Assembly (NCBI RefSeq): GCF_001447785.1
Contig: NW_015175975.1
Span: 129,420-193,419, forward strand
Direction: 5' to 3'
Length of the DNA: 64,000 nucleotides
Source of the DNA: Gekko japonicus
Lineage: Eukaryota
A program made the translations under genes and the position numbers. Positions 49,492 through 61,735 of this stretch are shown piece after piece; the stretch's first letter is position 1, and each line of letters starts with the position of its first letter. The notes beneath the pieces are model-generated. The model ran no database searches and had not been told where the DNA came from. It was given only the letters and a program-made list of their open reading frames with translations.

Positions 49492-50546
49492 AATAGTTTT
49501 TGATACAGCATTTTGCCATTTTGAGATTTTCAGTTTTTATTTTAAGCTATAATCTTCTGTGTTTTGTGCACTGGTGTGAAAATCCCCACTAGAGAAGGCT
49601 GATACCTTTTCATATGAACCACCCAACTATCAGTACTGGGAAGCTGGCTTTTAGACTGCAAAGCTTGCTCTTACCTTGCTGTTATAGTTGTGTGGGTCTG
49701 TGAGCTTCAGTCTGCCTAATCACAGCATATTGGAAGAAAAGCCGCATACCAGCCATTGGTCCCATCATACGTTCCCTCTTCTTCAGGTAAAAGGAATGTT
49801 AAAAGACCACTTGATCCGAATGGCTGCCTGTGACACTACTGCCTTCCCACTCTTTAGTTTTTGTGCCTGAGCAAAGCAGGATTGTCAGATAAGAGGAAAT
49901 GAAGCCCTGCCATGGCCTTGTAGATTCTCTCGTGGATGAGATCTATTTGTTGAATTGCAGAATGCTTCGCATGCTAGCAGCAAGGCCTTATGTTTGCCTG
50001 GTGCTCTGTCTCCATGAATGACTTTTGACCTTCTCTAATCAGGTACAAAACAGTCAGGTAGAATGACTTCAGAGGTGCACCAGTCCCTGAGAAAATGTCT
50101 CCCTTAACGAGCTAATGCTGGATGCTGAGGCTTGACATTTGTGACTATAGAAGAAAAGAAACTTTTGTAATCAGTCTAACATAAATCGGATTTCAGTTAA
50201 AGGTAGCTGTTCAACCCAAATCCCCATATCATTTGGCTGTGTTCAACCCAAATAGAAGGAGAGGGGGAGGATGGTGGTGGCTAGAACTTTGACGGCTGGC
50301 AGACAGAAATAGCACAAATTAGCCTGTCTGGATCAATTCAGGATACAAAGTCATTCCTCGTTAATACTGGGAGCAGCAAAGTAGCCAGAACAGTTTTACC
50401 TCCTTTCCCCATTTTTCCTTAGGAAAGTTAAGAGGAAAGAGGGACATCTGTAACTGTAATGAGAGTATGTATTTTAAAAAAGAACTTTTTGAGTTTCTAG
50501 AGGACAAAGATGGAACAATTGTCTATAGCTATGTCTAAAACAGGGC

Positions 50547-50739
50547 CACTGTTCCATCTAAGCTGAGCTAATGTGAGCTCACTCAAAGTTTTTTATACTC
50601 CGGCTCGCACATTTTTCTCTTAGCTCAGGAAGGATGACTCCAGAACAAACTACTTTGTGCAGTGGCCAAAGAGCTCCCTCACAACTTTAATGTCAGTAGC
50701 TTTTTGTTCACAAGACTCCACAGCATAGAGGGAGCATTG
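50547..50739. mobile_element. hAT-like MITE
   Basis: CACTGTTCCATCTAAGCTG / CAGCATAGAGGGAGCATTG; partial TSD (CAGGGC). Confidence 0.65.
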
Positions 50740-50859
50740 GTCAGGGCTCTTATTCCTCACAGCCTCTCCACTCATGCTGGGTGGTGGGCAGAGCTGATGG
50801 GCACCTCAGCTGAGGGCTCACACATTTACAACCTGCATGCCACCCCTCTTTTTTGGTTC

Positions 50860-51548
50860 CCCCCTCTCATGTAGGGGGGCATCCCAGGAAGGTCTGCTGC
50901 AGATTTTATGCCTCTAGCTTGCACAGGATCAGTTCTATACACTCCTGAACCCACACCTGACATCTCCCCCAAGTGTACTTTCCTGGGGGCACCTTCTTAG
51001 TGGGGCTGTAACTCAGACCCACCCCCCAAGTCCAATATGCACATAACTTGGAGGGCATGTAGGGGTCATCCTGGGGTGCTCTGCTGTGAGTTTGATGCCT
51101 CTAGCTCACACAGGGTCCATTCCGTACACTCCTGAACCCATGCTTGATGTCTCCCCCAAAAGCACTTTCCTTGGGGCACCTTCTTTGGGGGGCTGTAACT
51201 CAGACACCCAAGTCCAATCTGCACATAACTTGGAAGGCATGTAGGGGGGCATCACATGGAAATCCACTGTGAGTTTGATGCCTCTAGCTCATACAGGGTC
51301 CATTCTGTACACTCCAGATCCTGCACCTGACGTCTCCCCCAAAAGCAGTTTCCTAGAGACACCTTATTTGGGGGGCTGTAACTCAGACTCCCTAAGCTCA
51401 ATCTTCACCAAACTTAGTGGGCAGGTAGAGAAGAGTCATCTGGAGATCCCCTGTGATTTTGGAGTTTCTATTACTCCAGGGGGGTTGGTCCATGGGTCAC
51501 CCCGAACCCAGAACCAAACCACCTTTTTTCAGTCCATCCCCATCCCTC
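50860..51548. repeat. ~185-bp tandem repeat (3+ units) ending in a hAT-like terminus
   Basis: Units recur at ~50871, ~51059 and ~51241 (GATGCCTCTAGCT...GGGGCTGTAACTCAGAC); ends CCGAACC...CCCATCCCT. Confidence 0.75.
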
Positions 51549-52425
51549 GTTGTAAGGGAACAAAGCAGATGAAGCTCCTTGTACCAGTGGATATCTGGCT
51601 CCCACCTGTTATTTCATGACACTACTGATTTTTTCTGTACATTTTTCATAAGAATCCTAGCAACCATTATCCCATATTACTCATAATATTCATTTTTCTC
51701 AGCTCACTTCTGATAATGAGATCAGAGACATATACCAGAATACTCATCAAGCAGATCAAACAGAATTTCTAATGATGATTAAATTCTGTACCATCATCTA
51801 GGTTCACTCATGATAAAAAAATATCCATTCAAGCCTCATACATTAATTCATTCCAATTCAAAATTGACTGAGCATACTTCTCTTCACAAACTATGGAATC
51901 CATTCATGGGCTACTTTGAGCCCCTGAACAAAGCAGTCAGAGGGGATTGTAGAATAATTCACTACCACTGAAATCTGGGCCAAGGTGGTGTACTTTTTTT
52001 CACCACACATACATTTTTTTCCTGTCCTCCCCTTCTAAGGGCACAGGAAAGGTCCAAATTGCTAGATGCAGAGTGCTGACTTATACCTGTTTTGCAACCA
52101 GGCCAGCCTAACACATTTTGACCTTTATAAAAAAAACCTAAATCAAAAAAAGAAACTTAATAAAAGTAGCTGTGCACATCCCTAAAACCTGTGGTATTAC
52201 CATGTCTGGTTGGAAGGACACGGGTACCTAAGATGTGTATGTGTGAATGGGTCCTACATTCCAGTTTGGTCCCAGCTTTGCGGTAGGATTGTCTGAGGGC
52301 TGAACTAGATGCTACACTGTTTGCTGGATCTACCCCAGGTCCGCTCTGGGGTTCTGTCAAAGGTGCAATGGCCCGGTGAGCCACAATTTGCCCTGTTGGG
52401 GAAACTTATATGTACTTATTGTCCT

Positions 52426-52758
52426 TAGGGTTGCCATTCCCTCAATGGCGGTGGGGGTTTACCCACTTTCGGGGGGCCCAATCTGCCACCCCTGAGCCAG
52501 CTGGTGGGGGAACCCCACCCCCCAAAAGCCCCATCTGCACCAATGTGCCCAGTGCAATGACATCACCCAGAGGTGACATCATCGCACAGGGCACGTTGTG
52601 GGGGACACACACTATTATCTCCTCATAATGTGCCCTGTGAGATGACATCACTTCTGGGTGATGTCATCGCGGTGTGCACACTTTGCACGTGCACTGAAAA
52701 CTCCAGGGACCAAAAAGGGAGCCCCCCACCAGCAGCCAGGTAAGACCTGGCAGCCCTA
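52426..52758. mobile_element. hAT MITE (TAGGGTTGCCA TIR)
   Basis: TAGGGTTGCCA / TGGCAGCCCTA; TSD ATTGTCCT/ATTGTCTT. Confidence 0.85.
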
Positions 52759-53670
52759 ATTGTCTTGCTCTCTGCAGTCAGGTTGCTGTTACAGGAGTAT
52801 TACACCCTTTGCCCTGTGGCTGGCCAAGCTCTGAAGAACTGGAACTGGCGATGCAAAGCCTGCTCCCAGTGGACTGCTTGATCCAGCAAGGCGGTCCTCC
52901 CAGGCCACAGCTTAAGTGGGCTGGAAGATAATTGGTCTGAGCTGCACAGCTGGCAGGTGCTGGAGCTTCAGAGGCTGCGTTCTAAGAGCACTGCTCAAGA
53001 TGCACAGTGGAGTTGTGCATAACCAGTCCTCTATCTGCACAAAATATAGAGGAAGTCCACAACGTATCAATGCATACTAGGCTTGAAAGGTAGGCCTGAG
53101 TATAGCAGGGCGCCCCACTCAGGGTACACAGCAATACAGAGCAGGCAGAGAAAAATTTGAGGGCAGATGCTTGAATTGAAACAAAAGATTCCTTTCTCTG
53201 TTCTTGGGAAAAGGGAAGGAGTATCAAAATTATTTAATACACTTGATCTTAGATTATTTTTATATGATACCTTTTTAACTTATTTTTATTTTGCGTTCTT
53301 AGTTTTATTCTTTGTATTATAAACTGGCAAAAGCCGTTAAACTTTGATTGATTGAGGTATGCCTCCCGATTGGTTAGGAGTATGAAGGAGGCAGGTGACC
53401 CTGGGTCCTGGGAATACTTCTTAATAAGGTATGGGTAGGTGGTTTCTAGGTAGGAAAGAAGTGTGTTGGAGGCAGTTACCTCAGTGATTTGTGATGGGAA
53501 TTCAAAGTGATCTGATATGGATCAGTCTGAATGAACAACCTTTCAGAAGGTATTTAGTAAGTATGTATACAGATAATTGTCGGCAGGTATATTAACACAG
53601 CAGAATCCTATGTACCTTGATATACTTTGCACAATCCTGTTGAATGATGTAGCCCAGAGATCGAGTTTTT

Positions 53671-54200
53671 GGCCCCGTTCACACGGAGCATTTGCCGCGC
53701 TAAAGATATGGATGAGAGGCGGATTTTCCGGGCGCGATCACACCGCAACATCTGGGAAGTGTAGTGCACCCGTGGCTAACCCGTGGCTTCGTGCCGAAGA
53801 TACAGAGTAAAAAACTAGTACTTACGATGTACTAGTTTCCGGAAAACGCGGGGCAAGGGCGGGCATCTGATCACGCCCCGTCCTAGTCCCGTCGCAAACC
53901 GGTTAGTTGGGGTTCTTTAAAGTCTGCACAGGATGTGCACAAACGATCATGCGCATGTTCACCTTTTGGTGAGAAAAAATATATTCCCGTTTACCATGGA
54001 AACAGCGCCTAACGATTGCTGGTGTGATCATGCCGCGCCACTTCTTTGCTGCGCTGCAGGATAGCCGTGTGATCGGCACCTCACGCCCTAACCACGGGAC
54101 CTCGACGAGACGTGTGATCGGGCAGCCGCACGTTATTTTGCTCCAGGGCAAACAGCCACGGTTCCCCCCACCGCATTTTCCGGCCCATGTGACCGGCGCC
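53671..54200. mobile_element. PIF/Harbinger-type MITE, ~515-bp family copy 4 (divergent subfamily)
   Basis: GGCCCCGTTCACACGG / CCATGTGACCGGCGCC; colinear with copies 1-3. Confidence 0.87.
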
Positions 54201-55503
54201 ATAGTTTCGTATGATGAGATTCTGCAAGATTATACCCAAACTTGTACTTTCTCTAGCAACTTAGTGTTGCAGATGATTTGTGAAACTCAGTTTTTGGATC
54301 TCATGTGACTGGTAGAGAAGAGTTGGTCTTTGTTTTCAAAATAACAGGAAGAAGGAGAGAAAGGCCAGCAAAATGGAGGCCTACTAAATGGATTCTGCCT
54401 AAGTGACTCCCTGGCTAAATTCTACAGTTCCTTCCAGGTCTACAACTGAATTCTGTGCTTCCAAGACATCTTCATTGTACTTGTCTCTATAACTAGAACA
54501 AAGTAATTGCTCTCATCACCATCTTCAACATCCACTCTAATCACTCCACAGTAAGACCACTGTACTAATTTGGCATTCCATACACTGATATCAGTGCCTA
54601 TCTAAAACTAACACCATTGATGATTCTTCCATCCCCCTCAGTTCTTCTTCTAAGGAGATTTAGAAATAGAAGCACAAAGATATTATTTGAATCTCCTTGA
54701 TACAAGTTACACCATTTGTATTGCACGGCATTTTTCACAGCTCTGCTCAGAGCCTCCTCCATTATTTCCACTGCTGGGTGGGTAATTAAAAGCATCTGAA
54801 AAGAGCAGAACACAGACTCTGTTCCTCCTCCAAGCTCTTGAGAGTGTTCTGCTGTCAGAGGGAGGGGTGGCTAGCAGATGTTTACATGCCAGCACACTGG
54901 TGACTTGCCATGGCAGCCATGGTGCTGAGTGATGGCCCCCCATTGTTTGTTATTTCACTAAGCCATAGTCTGTGTCCTTTTTTAAATGATGGGAAGAAAA
55001 CAACTGAGCAGAAAACTAACTGCTTTGCCTTAACTATAATTGAAACAAAAATTACATGCTAATTTCCCACTTCAGTCAGTAAAGAATGGGAACACAGTGC
55101 CAAGGACAAGCTGAGCTGTCATGTGTCTCTGTGAGCTATTCAGTGAAACTTGAAGATAGCATCTTGGATACCCATATACAGCTTGTATACCATATACCAT
55201 ATTTCGTTGTCCCAAGCAAGGCATGCCGATTGCTAACTTCACTGCTTCCAAACAGGAGGTGATGCCTGTTGCCTCCTGTGTCATCAATAGCTGGGAGAAA
55301 GCCAAGGCTGCAGTGCTGTCCTCAGTGCGCCACCCCGAGCAGTTATGTTCTGACATGGCCCCAAAGATACATCCACAACATATCTGGAATCTATCACCTA
55401 TCACCCATGCTTTTCAAATCCCCAAAGTGCAGGTTGAAATTTCATATGACCGTACTAGAGATGACATGGCCTGGAACAAACTGGAAATACAAAATTCATA
55501 TTT

Positions 55504-56046
55504 GGCCATGATCATATGCATAATTAAACCCACCATAGGCATGAATGCCGGGCGTATTTAAAGGGTGTGATCAGACAACAACATCTGGAAGGTGCCCCAC
55601 AGCAGTCGGCAAACCGTTCTGTTCCACCGCAGAAGTGGAGTTAAAAGACACCGGGGGAAATCTGGTAGAAAACGGGTTGTGACAGGCCACGGATGGACTT
55701 TCCCCTGTCTGATTGCTCCAGCGAGCTCTCATGGCATCAGGATGGTCTGATCAGGCCATCCCGACTCTGTGCCCTTGTTTTCCCCCCTTCTCAGTATGTG
55801 CATCATCACAAACTCCATAGAGAGCCTTCAGTGCGGAGATGCGATTTACCGATTCCTCGTTTAAGCGCATCAAAAACAAATGGCAAAAGAAAACCCTGAC
55901 TCACCCGCGGTTGCGTCTGATCACACAGTGGTGGGCTGTGCCTGCAGCTTCCAAGGACTGTGTGATTGCGCAACTGCAGGTCAAATTCTTCTGGAGAAAA
56001 TAGCCTCACTTCCACCCCGTTTTTTCCGGTGCGTGTGACCGCAACC
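55504..56046. mobile_element. Harbinger-type MITE, related TIR, different body
   Basis: GGCCATGATCATATGC / GCGTGTGACCGCAACC; TTT on both flanks; internal GTGTGATC/GTCTGATC motifs. Confidence 0.65.
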
Positions 56047-56082
56047 TTTGAATGGAATACCTCATCTTAGAAGATGTATCCT

Positions 56083-57681
56083 TTTTTTTTTTTTAATCCC
56101 ATGAAGACAGGGTAGCTTTATTAATTTTTTGTTACACCCTACAGACTAAAAGAAAAAGAAAAGGGGAGGGAAATGCACCCCAGGATTAAAGAAAAGTAAA
56201 TTAGACCCACACTATAACTAAAAACCCAAGAAAGGAGATCCTTAGCTGTTAGTATCCAGTTATTTTTTTAAAAAAACATTTCGTTCAAAAGGCAATGAGT
56301 TAGAGAGTTAGTCAGTTCATATTAGCAATTCAGGCCAGTTCAAGTGCGTAAAAAGCCTCTTCCATCATCATCCACGTTTGCGGGTATTCTTAAAGCCTTA
56401 AAGTTACTTTGGTCTTCTAAGTCTCAAATCGTAGGTTTCTTTGGTCGGTGCACCACTCGCTGCGCCTAGGTCTTCCTCCGAGTCCTTCTCTGCTGTATCT
56501 GCTCCGCCTCCTTGTTGCTGCTGCTTCTCTTCTGCTGGTCCAAAATGCCGTTTCACCCATTCTTCAGCCTTCAAAACCGAGTCAATTTTCTCCCTTTTAT
56601 CTCTAAATTTAAACACGACCCCTTCAGGAAAGCACCAGGAATACTGAATTGGGTTGATTTGTAGGAATGAAATCAATTCTTTATATGATTTCCTTTTCTG
56701 GCGTATTTCAAATGGAGTGTCCTTTAGGACCCTGATACAAGCGCAATAAATTCTGCTGTGAGTTTCTTCAAGTCCTCCCCCGTTGATTCGGCAATACCCT
56801 TAAACCTGAGTGTTTTATTTGCTTTCTCCATTTGCAAGTTCAAAAGCCTTCTTTCCTGGGAATCTTGTCTCTGTTCCAACACTCCCACCTTCTTTTTCAC
56901 TTTCTTGGTGTCGTGTGCTGTTTCCTTTATTTTCACATCTGCTTGTATTGCTTTCTTAGTTAACTTGGCAATCTGTTGCTGTTGCAATGCCAGCTTTTGG
57001 TTTGAAATGGTCAACTGCTGGTTAATATCATCGAGTCTCTCATTAATCGGCTTGAGCAGTTCCGATAACATGGAAAACACGTCACTCGTCTCTTCCGGTC
57101 TTGGACTTTGACCTCCTTGTTTTATTGCTTTCGCAAACTTTTTCTGTGCCGCGGCCATTTTCAACTTTGTTTATATTAGAAGAACCTTTTCACTCTTCTC
57201 CGGAATAACGCCCGATTCACCTCCGCAAACTCAGCTAAGTCTCTTATGCACTTTAATACTTTCTTTCCCCCACACCCCTTCGCTTATTCAACTCAGTTCA
57301 TTTGTTTAAGACGGGGGTTCCCTCCCAGTGTCGCTTTCAATTAAGGGGGGGGGAGGACTCACTTTTAAGATTTTTCCTCTTAGAACGCTCTCTGGTTCAT
57401 TGCCGGTCTATATTCAGACCTCTTGTATCATCGCCATTTCACTGATCTCAGTAAAAACTGAGCCACGCAGTGGTCGGACCTTCGGGGCAAGAGAGCGCCT
57501 CAATTCTCTGGCATTACGCCATCGAAGAGGTCACCTCCCCAGCACCCCCTGGCCTGGAGCCTTTCCTAAGGCTCACCTGGGGGTGTCACTTGAGGTGGCA
57601 CCCCTCCAAACCACTGGTGAGCAAGTCACCTCTCCAGAGGTAGGGGAATGTGACTGCCATTGTCAAGCCACAGACCGAAAG
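56083..57681 (-). mobile_element. ORF1-only L1-like retroposon (HAL1-like) with poly(A) and 15-bp TSD
   Basis: TSD TAGAAGATGTATCCT at 56068-56082 and 57682-57696; poly(A) 56082-56094; AATAAA 56117-56122; ~500-bp 5'UTR; L1-type ORF1; no ORF2. Confidence 0.85.
56404..57164 (-). pseudogene. L1-type ORF1p (coiled coil, partial RRM, CTD), frameshifted
   Basis: Heptad-rich region, KTLRFKGIAESTGEDL (RRM start), then a shifted frame VLKDTPFEIRQKRKSYKELISFLQINPIQYSWCFPEGVVFKFRDKREKIDS (CTD). Confidence 0.8.
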
Positions 57682-58654
57682 TAGAAGATGTATCCTCTAA
57701 GTAAAAATTAGACTTGCAGAACTGACATTTTTTAGCAGTAATAAATTATGTGTGACAGAAGGTCAACTCTAAGGGGAAAAAAACTTCAGTTCAATTTTAA
57801 GTAATTGGTTTTAGTTAGAGTTTGGACTAAAACCTATGCTTATTTCAATAGAAACCTTGATTGCACAGATGTTGAATGTGGATTACAGGCACATCCACTT
57901 TCAGGAATACTTGTTTCCCCTTTGTGGTTATTGGCAATACTGGTTACAACAGTCATAGGTCACTTCAACAGTAATCCAAAACAGGTCTACTCATAAGGAA
58001 GCCAAATTTTATTCAATGGGACTTACTCTCAGGAAAGTGTTCTTTGGATACCAGCCTTCAACATCATAGGACAGTTGCCCTGTGCTATGAACCTCACACA
58101 GGTACTTAAAGGAACAACGCTGTGACAAGAACAATTCATCCCTTCATACAGTGTCAAGGATCCGAACTTCATTCAGCCACTGATGCTGGAGCAATTATCA
58201 GTACCACTACCACAGATGAGTAAAGAATCCTGAATTTGTGCAACCATTAAAGAAAATCCTGGTAATTACTTTAAACAGCAATTTTCATGTATATTTTTGG
58301 CTCAGGAATTCTGGAATGCACACCTGAATCAGAATGGGACAGGCCAATCTATTTCAGGGCTGGGGGCAGGAATCCTTGCTCTGCGGTCTAGATGTTACTT
58401 CCCCCTTTTGCAAATGTGCTTCCCACCCTCTATTTTTAAATATGGCTTAGAAAATGTCATGCTAAATTTGCTGAATGCACAGAAAGTTTTAAGAACAGTT
58501 GCAAATGCAAATCCTTGATCCTGCAGACTTAGAAGCAGACACATAAGCATTTAATGAAGCATTTCATAGAACAATTCATTAGTAACCAGTATTAGAGCTG
58601 GAAATCTATATTTTGTATCTGACAATCAGATGCTACTTCAGCGGTAACCATTCA

Positions 58655-58990
58655 TTGATATGAATGCTGAATTTAATAGCATTGTAGGTGCGGTTCCCAA
58701 ATGGTGCAACAGTATCTACATCTTGCACCAGGTCTCAAGCCCCACTCAGAGCCAAGCCCAAGATCACTAATACTCTCATTGGCTCTGTGACCAACTGTTT
58801 CAGTGCACAGTAATTTATGACATCTAGGAATCTCATCTCTACAGCATGATTCGAGCACATGTTTACCCAGTCAATGCGAGGGTAGCTTCAGTCCCATCCT
58901 TATTTCCTTCTCCATCTCAAGATCAGCCTCAATGATTATGTAACCCTTAGGGCCTAGTATCGCCACACATACTGCTTCTGTCAGGGAGCT
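58655..58990 (-). mobile_element. Old CR1 endonuclease fragment
   Basis: Minus strand CTACCCTCGCATTGACTGGGTAAACATGTG...CAGTTGGTCACAGAGCCA...GACCTGGTGCAAGATGTAG parallels 18325-18550. Confidence 0.75.
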
Positions 58991-59868
58991 CATTCCTGTA
59001 ATTTTTTCTAATTCTGATGATGATAGAATATCATGGCTGAAACCTTCATATGATGCTATAATAATGAGACTATTCATATCTTTCTGGGGGTCATCCAGCT
59101 CTGTTCTTTGAGGAATCTGACGCAAGGGTTCACCTTTTAAGGAGTTTTCCCCATCTCCTAAAACAGTCCATGGGAGAAGTCAAGGCAAGTTGTGTTGCAA
59201 ATGGAACATTCCACCCCAGGCGAAAGACAATATCCTGTAGACAGGAAGGATTATCCTTCCTGAGGGCTAATCACAAACCAAAGCCTAGCGTTCAGTCAGT
59301 GGGGTCAATAAAATAGAGTCAGACTGATGTTTCACAATCAGGAGTTCTGGCACCTTCTTGCTTGGTGACATTAAACCTCAGTGGTAATCCAGTTAGTCAC
59401 AGACCACTGGCGTAACTGATTGATGCAGATCAGAAATAGCCACACTCTGTCCTATTTATTTCCTTCGCTTATGTTCATGGGAAGGAGGAGTGGTTGCGTT
59501 ATTTATATCTTCCATTTTATTTATAGATGGGCACTCATCTATAATGTGTCAGATGGCCTTTTTACTCCCAGGATTCATGCAACAGAAAATGCCAGAGGAA
59601 TTATGTCTTATTTTCCCTCTCAAAAATCCAGCATCTCTGTGATTCACTTGCCATATTCACAAGAGCCCTAAGATGCAATGAAGGATAAAATCTCACCATC
59701 TATTTTTATATACAGATGCTTTTATCCTTTTTTCTAAAGGCCGTTAAAGATACCATTCTATGGCAGCCCCAAACCCTTGCCACGGGCTACCCAATGTCAA
59801 TTTTATCAATAATTATTTCTTGATTTCAGTATTTTAAGCTATTTTAAACACCTGTACAGCCCTTCTCT

Positions 59869-60219
59869 GGAGCTGCGGTGGCTCAAGTGGTTAAGACGCT
59901 GAACTGCGGGCTGTGGAAGGTCGGTAGTTCAGCAGTTCGAGACCCGAGTGTGCCGCATGACAGAGTGAGCTCCCGTCTCTAGTTCCAGCTCCTGTCAACC
60001 TAGCAGTTCGAAAGCAAGAAATTGCAAGTAGATAAATAGGTACCACGTTGGTGGGAAGGTACCAGCATTCCGTGCGCCTTGGTGTTTAGTCATGCCGGCC
60101 ACATGACCATGGAAACGTCTTCAGACAGAGCTGGTTCTTCAGCTTTGAAACGGAGATGAGCACCGCAACCCTAGAGTCGGACTCGACTGGCTTTCGAGCA
60201 AGGGAACCTTTACCTTTAC
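59869..60219 (+). mobile_element. Sauria SINE (Squam1)
   Basis: A box GTGGCTCAAGTGG, B box GTTCGAGACC, ACCTTTACCTTTAC tail, flanking repeat ACAGCCCTT. Confidence 0.93.
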
Positions 60220-61289
60220 AGCCCTTGTCAATTAATTAGTTGTTAATCTGTAAACCATTTTTTTAAAAAATCATAGCTGTGTTCTGTTTATATAATGCCA
60301 AAAACCATTTTTGGAATATATCCTGGAGACTGGAATGCTGTGGTTAATCTTAATGTGTGTGTTCATGCTTAATTATGCAACAGACATAAATTCAGTGGAA
60401 GTCTGCTCAGAACTTACTTCACTTATCCTGTGAACATGTATCTTCTTGAATCTGGAGAGGGAGTGGGACTCAGACAATTGGTATTTTTGTTCTCATTGTG
60501 TTATGATTTTGGCTATCATTGCACAGCAGTATCCCCATGAAAACCAGGGTATTTGAATAGACTGAACATATTATAAACTTATGGCTACACAATGCTAGGA
60601 AAGCTGCAAGAATCTAGTTTGCTGACAATGAGCTGGCAATGGAATCTCTCACTTAAGACCCCTTCAGGCAATTTGATTCCATTTCTGCTGAGCAGAAACT
60701 AGAACAGTTATTGCATCAAGGCAGGGTGTTTGAAAGAAATGTTGTGTGTGTTTGGGTTGGGAGAGGAGAATATATCCTGGCAAGAATGTTCCTGGTCTCT
60801 TATCATTGCCCTGTATTTAGCAAAGATGCTGCAGATTTTGTGATAGGAACATTCAACAGTCAAACTTACCATGTGTGACTGTGATGTTCAAATGTAAGCA
60901 AATGACCCAGTCTGTTCAATTTCCCACCAAATGACCTAAATACCTACCAAACAGGTTTGCATCCCCCCCCCAAAAAAAAACAGCACATGTTTATAAACTC
61001 TGGGTGTCAAACAGATCTGCAGCCATTTAATGCCACTAAGAACTATTTATATGGTAGACTATATATCTCTCCTTATATATAATTCTATTTTGGTGTGAAT
61101 GCTCCACACACTCCCACAACCTTTGGCTCCCTCAGCTGCCACTCTGAAGGTCTACCAATCCCCTGGCTGCATTGCCTTGCTGCGTTGTCTTGGTCCCACC
61201 CACAGAGACAGCGGCCAGCGTCTCGCCCTCAGTCTGGAGGGAGCCAGTGAAGGGAATGGACCAGAGGCTCATGAGGCCAAGGGATGGTG

Positions 61290-61735
61290 GCCGGCTCCAT
61301 GGACGATGAGTCAGCCACAGAGGGGGGTGAGACCAACATGCAATAGGTGCATGGGCCCAAGTGCTGCTTCACTGACCTCCGCCACCTCCGCCACATGACT
61401 CGATGAGCCTGTCTGGGCCACCAGGTTGGTGGGCCGCGCAGGTGAGTGGGAAGCCACCAGAGGCGGACGGGCAGGGAGGGGGTGGCAGCACATTCCATCG
61501 CCCCTCCACTGCGGGGTTGGGGAGGGGGGAGAAAGCTGTGTGGTGGGGGGCAACAGACAGCTCCATGGAAAATGAGCCAACCACAAACATGCACTAGGTG
61601 CATGGGCCCAAGCACTGCTTCAACCACCTCTGCCACCTCCACCACAAAACTCGATGAGCCTGCCTGGGCCGCTGGGGTGGTGGGCCACACAGGCGGGTGG
61701 GAAGCCACCAGAGGTGGCCTGGTGGGGAGGCATTG
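61290..61735. repeat. GC-rich ~250-265-bp tandem repeat (2 units)
   Basis: GGTGCATGGGCCCAAG...CTCGATGAGCCTG...GGGAAGCCACCAGAGG at ~61346 and ~61597. Confidence 0.75.

Noticed and set aside
50019-50031. DR1-like nuclear receptor site TGACTTTTGACCT
   Set aside because: A single near-consensus motif is expected by chance in 64 kb
52780-53355. Possible LINE 3' end with (TTGA)n tail
   Set aside because: Too decayed to assign a family by eye
58871-59125. 84-aa ORF as a host exon
   Set aside because: Overlaps a decayed CR1 endonuclease fragment
59869-59950. tRNA gene
   Set aside because: A/B boxes belong to the Sauria SINE head
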